Assembly: GCA_025558095.1 (NCBI GenBank)
Contig: JAIVFI010000028.1
Location: 496,001 to 560,000, forward strand
Length of the DNA stretch: 64,000 nt
Source: Hyaloraphidium curvatum SAG 235-1
Taxonomy: Eukaryota; Fungi; Monoblepharomycota
Reading direction: 5' to 3'
Position numbers and translations under genes: made by a program. The notes beneath the pieces were generated by a model. It was not told where the DNA came from and did not search any database. It worked only from the letters and a program-made list of their open reading frames with translations. Positions 57,771 to 64,000 of the stretch are shown piece by piece. Within the stretch, counting starts at the first letter, position 1. Each line of letters starts with the position of its first letter.

Positions 57771-58476
57771 TCAGACCTGGGAGGTTACGACCTTGGCTAC
57801 CTTGCCGTCCTTGATCGTGAACGTGATTTTGAGGTTGATGGTCTTCATCCTGAAGCACAACGACATCATCAAACGCAGGAAGCAATACCGAGCCGCGGAA
57901 CGCACATGACTTTGTTCTTGCCGTGGACGGTGGGGACACCTGTGCGGTGATAGGCGTTGTGAGTTCAAGCGCTACCGGGTGGAGTGGAGGAAAGAACCGA
58001 CCACCCTCCTCCTTGACCTCAGCATCCCACTCGCCGACGAACGGGTTCTTCTCCAGATAGGCTGCAAGTGGGCGAATAAAATCCGGCGCGGTGCACAGCG
58101 GCGGCAGAGAAAGCGCGGCCTGTATCAGTGCCTGCCCTCGAAACCCGCGGCAACCGCCCTCCGAACCGACTTTTGGCGGCCTCCTTGCCCGTCGCCTTGT
58201 CCCGCGGCGTCTCGAGCACGATGTCTGCGTCCCGGTGGCGAGGGAGATGAGCGGCACCCCGGGCTTTACAACGTCGCGCCCACCGTCGGTCATCAGAGCG
58301 ACAGCGCCGGCGACGTCGCCCTTCTTGCGGGCCGCGAAGTACTTGTTGGCGACCTCGACTGGTCCGGTGGGGCGCGCGCCGGAATGCGCGTCGGTGGCGG
58401 GGTCGAAAGGGGCAGCGAGGAGGGGAGGGTCAGCGGCGCGTCTGGAGCCTTCGTGCGCGCCCGCACCGTCGGTCAT
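57771..58476 (-). CDS. Small SnoaL/NTF2-like protein, many short exons
   Basis: VANKYFAARKKGDVAGAVALMTD|DIVLETP..ATGKEAAK|AYL..FTIKDGKVAKV*. Confidence 0.65.
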
Positions 58477-58792
58477 CGTGAGGCGGCGCTGCTTTGCCGG
58501 GCGGAGACGGGCGGGGTGCTGGTTTTTGGGTTCAGGTCCGAGTTTTCCGGGGTCCTCGCGGGGCGGCACAGGGCGGCACGGGCCTGCCGCATGGCTGGCG
58601 CGTGGCGCCAAGGACGTTGGGGCAACATGCCTTCGGAAGCCACGTCTATCCAGCTGCAATTGATGGTGCAATCCAAACATCCGACCTATTGGGAGACCCG
58701 CCGCTTGATACGCTACAGAACAGGTATCTTTGCGTCGCAGCTCCATTCTCCACCCGCAACCCCAGGCCCCCCCGTCTCACCCCAACACGACA

Positions 58793-60384
58793 TCAACGAG
58801 CCGGACAGAAACTCTCCCACGTCAAAAACACCCCAAGCGCCCTGAGCACCGTCCACAGCCCGATCCCCAGCGTTGCCGACGACACGGCAAAGGTCCGCAC
58901 GAACCCGTACGAGATCGGGAAGCCGAAGAAGGCCGTGCGGAGGTCGTCGTCGGCCTCGAGGAAGGAGCCGAGCACGCGGTCGTGCGCGGCCAGCTCTTCC
59001 TCTGCAGCGTCCGGGGGGCCGGCGGACCGGCGCCGGGGGAGGAGGGCGTCGGAAAGGAGGATGCGGATGCGCCGCCGCGCGGTGCGGTAGACCGAGCCGA
59101 CGGCGGCGATCTCCCTGTTTAGCGCCGCCGGGCCGAGCAATACCGAGGTTGACCACGGTATGGAGGGCGAAGACCACGGCGCCGATCTGCCAGGCGCAAA
59201 CGCAGCCGCCGACCGACTGGCGGTGCGGGCACGTCAGAGGGAAGCCGCCGCGCGCGCGCCAGACCACCCACCGCGGTGAGGACCACTCCGACAAGGATGG
59301 ACACCGGCACGGTGACGGCAAACGAGTCGCGGAAGTTCCGGAAGGAGGCCGGGTTACGCCGCGAGTCGCGCAAGCGCCACAGGGCCGCGAGATGGCCGTG
59401 CAGACGGATGTAGAGGTACTGCCCCTGCGGATTCGGAAGGGTGGCCTTCCCATCGAGCGCGGCGCGGTACCTGTCGAGGAGCCCGTCGAGGGCAACGGAG
59501 GCCGCGCGTCTCTGCAGTTTCATCTCGAGGCTGGCGACGCCGGTGTTTGGCTGTCCGGCGAACAAACCGAAGCCGATGAAGACGTGGAAAAGGAGCTGGA
59601 CCGCGTAGACGACGACGAGCAGCATGCCCCACCACGATGCCACCAGGGAGGGTCCAAACGTGACGAGGGGCGTGACGACGACGAGAAAGTTGCAGGCGAT
59701 GTAAAGCAGCTCGTTGGAGGTCACACCCTGCACGCCGTGGAGGAGAGCCGAACGGGGTGCACGGCCCGCGCAGGTCGTGCGCGGGCACGGGCAGAATTCG
59801 TCGCCGTCCACGTGCTCCAACAGCGTGTAACCACCCTTGCCCGCGTGCTCTTTGTCGGCATCACCCCCCACGTCGCGGCAGAGCTCGAGATAGCGCGCCA
59901 GAGGCCCCAGGACGGATGCATACACGAATTGCTTGGCGTCAGGCGCGACCCCGGAGCCCTTCAGGAGAGCGACCGCGTAGAATGCCAGGGCACCGATGCG
60001 GTACACGGCAACGGCGGCGATGCCTGAGGCGAGCTGGGGCGTCCCGAACCGCCCGTCGTTGAACCGGAACGCCAACGCGAGGAGGCACAGGTCGAGCACC
60101 GCGACAACGACGTTGTACGGCACGTGGAACTGCGCCGGCACGGCGAGGCGCGTGCAGACGGCGGCGGCGGCGTGCAGCCACACGTGGCCGCGGAAGGCGG
60201 CGACCAGCGAGCGGCGCGTCATCGGCCGCACGGCACGCAGCTCGGCGGCGGGGTCGCCGGCGTCCGGCGCGCCCTCCGCGTCCCCGGCCGGGCCGTCGAG
60301 CGGCGGCACCGCCACCGGCACCAGCGTGAGCCATTCGGCAGGCCGGAAATCGGCCGCGGCGGCCGCGTCGCGAAGTTCGTTCAT
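58793..60384 (-). CDS. 7-TM membrane protein paralogue (7TMIC-like); intron 59217-59271 and +1 frameshift at ~59144
   Basis: DFRPAEWLTLVP, HVDGDEFCPCPRTTCAG, YLYIRLHGHLAALW, GGCVCAW, FFGFPISYGFVRTFAVSSATLGIGLWTVLRALGVFLTWESFCPAR all align with 8167-9637. Confidence 0.7.
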
Positions 60385-60531
60385 CTCGGAAGGACGGCGT
60401 CACCGAATATTCGAAATCCCGCCGAACGAACCCGCCCGGACCCGATGTACAATTGTCGCCATTGAGGTCAAGATTACACTATATTACCGATACATCATCC
60501 TTCGTTTCCCTACCGGCACGCCGGCTCGGCC

Positions 60532-63292
60532 TCACACCACCACCTCGACGCCCTCGAACTTGCCGATCTCATCCCAGTCGAAGAGCATCGGGACCATTTC
60601 CCAGCGCGAGTAGAACTCGGCCTGATCCGACGCGTGCGGCGACCCGGGGACCCCCGACACGCCGAGCGGCACGATCCAGCGCGAGGCGGCCCAGTTGTCG
60701 GTTGGATCCAGGACGTACCTGGCGCACAACGCATCAGCTTCGAGATCCCCGGCCGTCACGTCAACGTCACGCACCTGGCCACGCTCTGCAGCACGACCTC
60801 CGGGAACCCTCCCGCCGCCTGCACCGTGTCCGCGTCCCCGCCCATCGGCATCGGCTTGGCGTCCCACTCCTTCCTCTTGGCCTCATCCACGACCGCAGAC
60901 GCCGCATGCTTGGGCCTCGATGCGTGCGCGTCCCCGTACCGCCACTTGCCCACCTCCCCGCCGTACTTCTCCACCCCCTGCTTCACCGCCCTCGCGAACG
61001 CCTCGTGCACCACCCGCTGCCACGTCCACCCGGGGGGCAGCACGCACGCAGAGCGGTGCTTGGCCCAGTTGCTCACGGGGCCCCACTTCCTGTTGCCCTT
61101 TTCCGCGAGCCACCCCGCCGCAAAGTCGTCCGCGCCGATCGCGGGATCCTTGAAGGCGTTGACGGCCGCGAGCGGGGCACCGGGCTCGCTCTCGAGGATC
61201 TGGTGGACCTGCATCCGCAGCAGGGTGTACAGGAGGGGCGCCGCGGCGTCGGCCGATACCACGGGCTCCGTGCGCCAGTCGCGGAGCAGGTCGAGGGCCT
61301 CGAGCTCGGGGCCCTCGGCGGCGGGCGCGCCGTCGAGCAGGAGGGCGAGGAAGGGCTCGGCGGTGAGAGTGAGGAGGTCCGCATGGATGCGGGCAAAGTG
61401 GTCGGGGGTGATCGTCCCCTCGGCCATGCCGGCGAGGAGCTGGTGGATGCGGATGAAGCGACCTTCGGGGGCCTGTGAGTTGAACATTTGCCAAACATGG
61501 TGAGTCGGATGCCAGTGTCACCGCGGGCCATTGCCACCCACGTAGTCCACGCTCAGCGGCCCAAACTCCCACCCGCTCCCCACGATCGGGTTGTTCGCCG
61601 TCACTATCCGCCCCGTCTCCCCGCCCTCCCCCCTCGGCAGCGCCTCGAAGGGCACGAAACCCATCCACTCGTGCTTCCCGTCCCACCCGGGCACGGGCAC
61701 CCACAGGTTGAGCTGGTCCGCGCGGATGGCCTGCAGGCCGCGGTTGAGGTAGCGGATGTGGCCGTGCGGGTGGTCGGGGGTAGCAGGGGAGAGGAGGAGC
61801 ATGTTGTTCTGGGGCTCTGTCCAGGCCCGGTTTGCTGAGGGTCGGCCAATCAGTGGTCGCCGGCGGGCAAAGGCGGGCCGTGCAACCCACCCTCGTCGAG
61901 CTCGGGCACGTCCCTGGCCACCAGCATCGGCTCGAGCGCGTCCGTGAACGCGTTGGGTATCCACGCCAGCTTCCCCGCCTTGGCCTTGTCCGAATCCACC
62001 AGCGCGCCAGCCCACCGCACCGAGACGCCCCACCCCTTCTCGGGGGACCCGAGGAGCAGCGGGCCGTGGTGGGTGAACACCGCGGCGCCGTCGAAGAGGA
62101 GGGGGAGCTCGCAGCCCTCGAAGGAGTAGGTCTTGGGGGTCGGAAAGTGCTCCAGAAAGAGGTCGGCGTTCGAGTACATGGCGTGGGTGATGCACCACGC
62201 CACGTGGCTGTTTGAAGCGTTCAGATGCGTGAGTGAGTGCTGGTGACGTTCCCAGAGGAACGACTCACGAGTTGTGGCCGAAGTGAGCGAAGCCGGGCAC
62301 GCCGGGGAAGGCCAACCCGATGGCGTCAAACTCCGGGCAGGTGATGTGGCACTGGTAATAGACGTTTGGGAAATCGCACTATGGACGACGTCGCATGAGG
62401 CACAGGTACTGCACCAGTCAAGCGGACCGACACCCACCTGCCTGTGCGGGTCCCCGCCCAGCATCGCGAGCCCGCTCTTTGTCCACCTCCCGTCGACGGC
62501 CCAGCAGTTGCTCCCCATCTCGAACCCGTCGGCCCACTTGCCGCCAAACTCGCCCGTCAGGTCCTTGTGCAGCTGCTCGAACTCGGCGACCAGCTCCGAG
62601 GGGGAGAACCCGCCGTGCCACGCCGACGGCGGCAGCGAGGCCGCCAGGTCCGGCGGCGGGTGGAGCGACGCGATGCCGCCCTCGGCCGGCTGCGTGGGGC
62701 CACTGAAGTGGTCCTTGGACCCGCCAACCAAGCCATCCTTGAGGATCACGTGGTTCCCGTCGAGCGGCGGCAGCGACTCGGAAAGGATCTGCGCGGCCTT
62801 CTCCGGCCCGAGGGCAAGCACCATCTTCCAGCGGTGCAGCTTGTTCCCGATGGTGCCCATGGTCAGGTGCCGCCCCTTGAACACGGCGAGCGAGTCCACG
62901 GGCGTCCACGGCTGCGGGCGGGGCAGGCCCAGCTCGGCCCACTCGGGCGGCAGCTCGCCGCGGTCGATGTACGCGTTGACGCCCGCCGCGAACGCCTCCA
63001 GCATTTCCAACGTAGAAGGCTTGAGAGCAGCGAGGTCCGCGGCGCACGAGCTCGCCATGCCCATCTTTGCCTGCAGCGCGTCCCACGCCTTTGCCGACGG
63101 CGTCTTGAGGAAGCCGCCCAGCGCCGCCCCGGCGAACCGCCGGTCGACCTCCATCTGGAAGAATCGGTCCTCGGCCATCGCAAAAGCCTGTCCCGCAAAC
63201 GCCGCGAGCCGCGACGGCGCCCGGACGTGCGGGATGCCGCGGTCGTCGCGGTGTACCGAGAAGGTCAGCGGCGGCGGGTCGATGGCCCCCAT
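60532..63292 (-). CDS. Penicillin acylase family (Ntn hydrolase, peptidase S45), multi-exon
   Basis: RDDRGIPHVRA, AEDRFFQME, GSNCWAV (beta-1 Ser nucleophile), GDPHR, FGHN, IVTANN, GVSGVPGSPHASDQ. Confidence 0.92.
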
Positions 63293-63560
63293 CGTGCGGG
63301 CGGCCGGAACAGAGCCGGGAGGAAGATGGAGGGGATATAAGCGTTCTTTGGGCGCCCAGCGACGTCGCTTCCGGAGGTGCAAATCTGCAATGGGAGACGG
63401 TCCGCCAATGACGCTAGCGGGATAAAGGACTAGCCGGTCGGGCGCCGCCCCGTGCCGCAGGAAGTCTGCTGTGGCAAACGACTTGACTGTGAAACATACT
63501 ATCATTCAAAGAGTGCTAGCAACTGCGCGTCGGCTTTTTCGGGAATCCAATCCGCCAAAG

Positions 63561-64000
63561 CTACTCCTTCACCTCCATCCCCTTGGGCACGATGTTGTTG
63601 TTCATCCGCAGGAAGTTGGCCCCGTCGTACTTGGCCTTGACCTCGGCGAGCCTCAGCGCGTTCGGGCCCTTGCCGTACGCGATCTGGTCGGAACCCTCGA
63701 GCGCCGCGAGGGTGTTGTACGAACCCGCGACCCACGGCTTGAGCCGCGTGCGGAGGTCGCGCATCCACACGGTGATGTTGTCGCGCACCGAGGCGTTGGG
63801 CCCGTTCCACTTGGCCAGGCAGATGAGCCAGTACTTGCCCCCGCGGTGCCCGAAGGACGTCGAGGTGGGGTCGACGTCGTTGATGGCGCCGCCCAGGGGG
63901 AGGATCATGGCCACGGCCTCGATGCAGCCCTTGGGCGCAGTCGCGGTGCAGGCCAGCAGCTCGTCGAGGAACTCGTCCGTGGCGTCGCCAATGACCAATG
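63561..64000 (-). CDS. FAD-linked oxidase, berberine-bridge (BBE) C-terminal part, truncated by the window edge
   Basis: LGGAINDV..TSFGHR..YG.GPNALRLAEVKAKYDGANFLRMNNNI. Confidence 0.85.
   Translation of the reverse strand, partial: LVIGDATDEFLDELLACTATAPKGCIEAVAMILPLGGAINDVDPTSTSFGHRGGKYWLICLAKWNGPNASVRDNITVWMRDLRTRLKPWVAGSYNTLAALEGSDQIAYGKGPNALRLAEVKAKYDGANFLRMNNNIVPKGMEVKE

Noticed and set aside
59116-59143. Mini-intron (GTATTG..AACAG) to explain the 7-TM frameshift
   Set aside because: Removing it does not restore the frame and deletes residues that align with the paralogue.
1-64000. Bacterial contig or contamination, given the many bacterial-type enzymes
   Set aside because: Spliceosomal introns run throughout, including in the NHase, acylase, BVMO and chitinase genes, and eIF5, PMA1 and Zn2Cys6 genes are interspersed.

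Overview
This is a GC-rich (roughly 65-70% by eye), gene-dense eukaryotic window with many short spliceosomal introns (donors GTGGGT/GTGAGT/GTGCGT, CTGAC-like branch points, YAG acceptors). A plasma-membrane H+-ATPase, Zn2Cys6 regulators and a CBM18 chitinase point to a fungus, probably an early-diverging zoosporic lineage such as Monoblepharidomycetes (inference). About 35 genes or pseudogenes can be modelled by hand. They include housekeeping genes (PMA1-like, eIF5, SOD1, DDI1-like), many bacterial-type catabolic enzymes (epoxide hydrolase, serine esterase, amidase, SDR, Baeyer-Villiger monooxygenase, penicillin acylase, GH18 chitinase) and lineage-specific paralogue pairs. Main observations: (1) an intron-bearing C-terminal fragment resembling the bacterial copper enzyme thiocyanate dehydrogenase (TcDH), inside a ~135-bp inverted repeat; (2) two tandem beta-alpha-fused cobalt-type nitrile hydratases with His-rich linkers; (3) two paralogous 7-TM proteins with the architecture of gustatory/odorant-receptor-like ion channels; (4) two virus-type Cys/His repeat proteins, one fused to a Vsr-like nuclease; (5) poor-context uORFs in the eIF5 leader; (6) frameshifts and stops concentrated in duplicated families and DDI1. 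Family assignments come from motif recognition and recall, not from database searches. I saw no rRNA, tRNA, CRISPR array or transposase.
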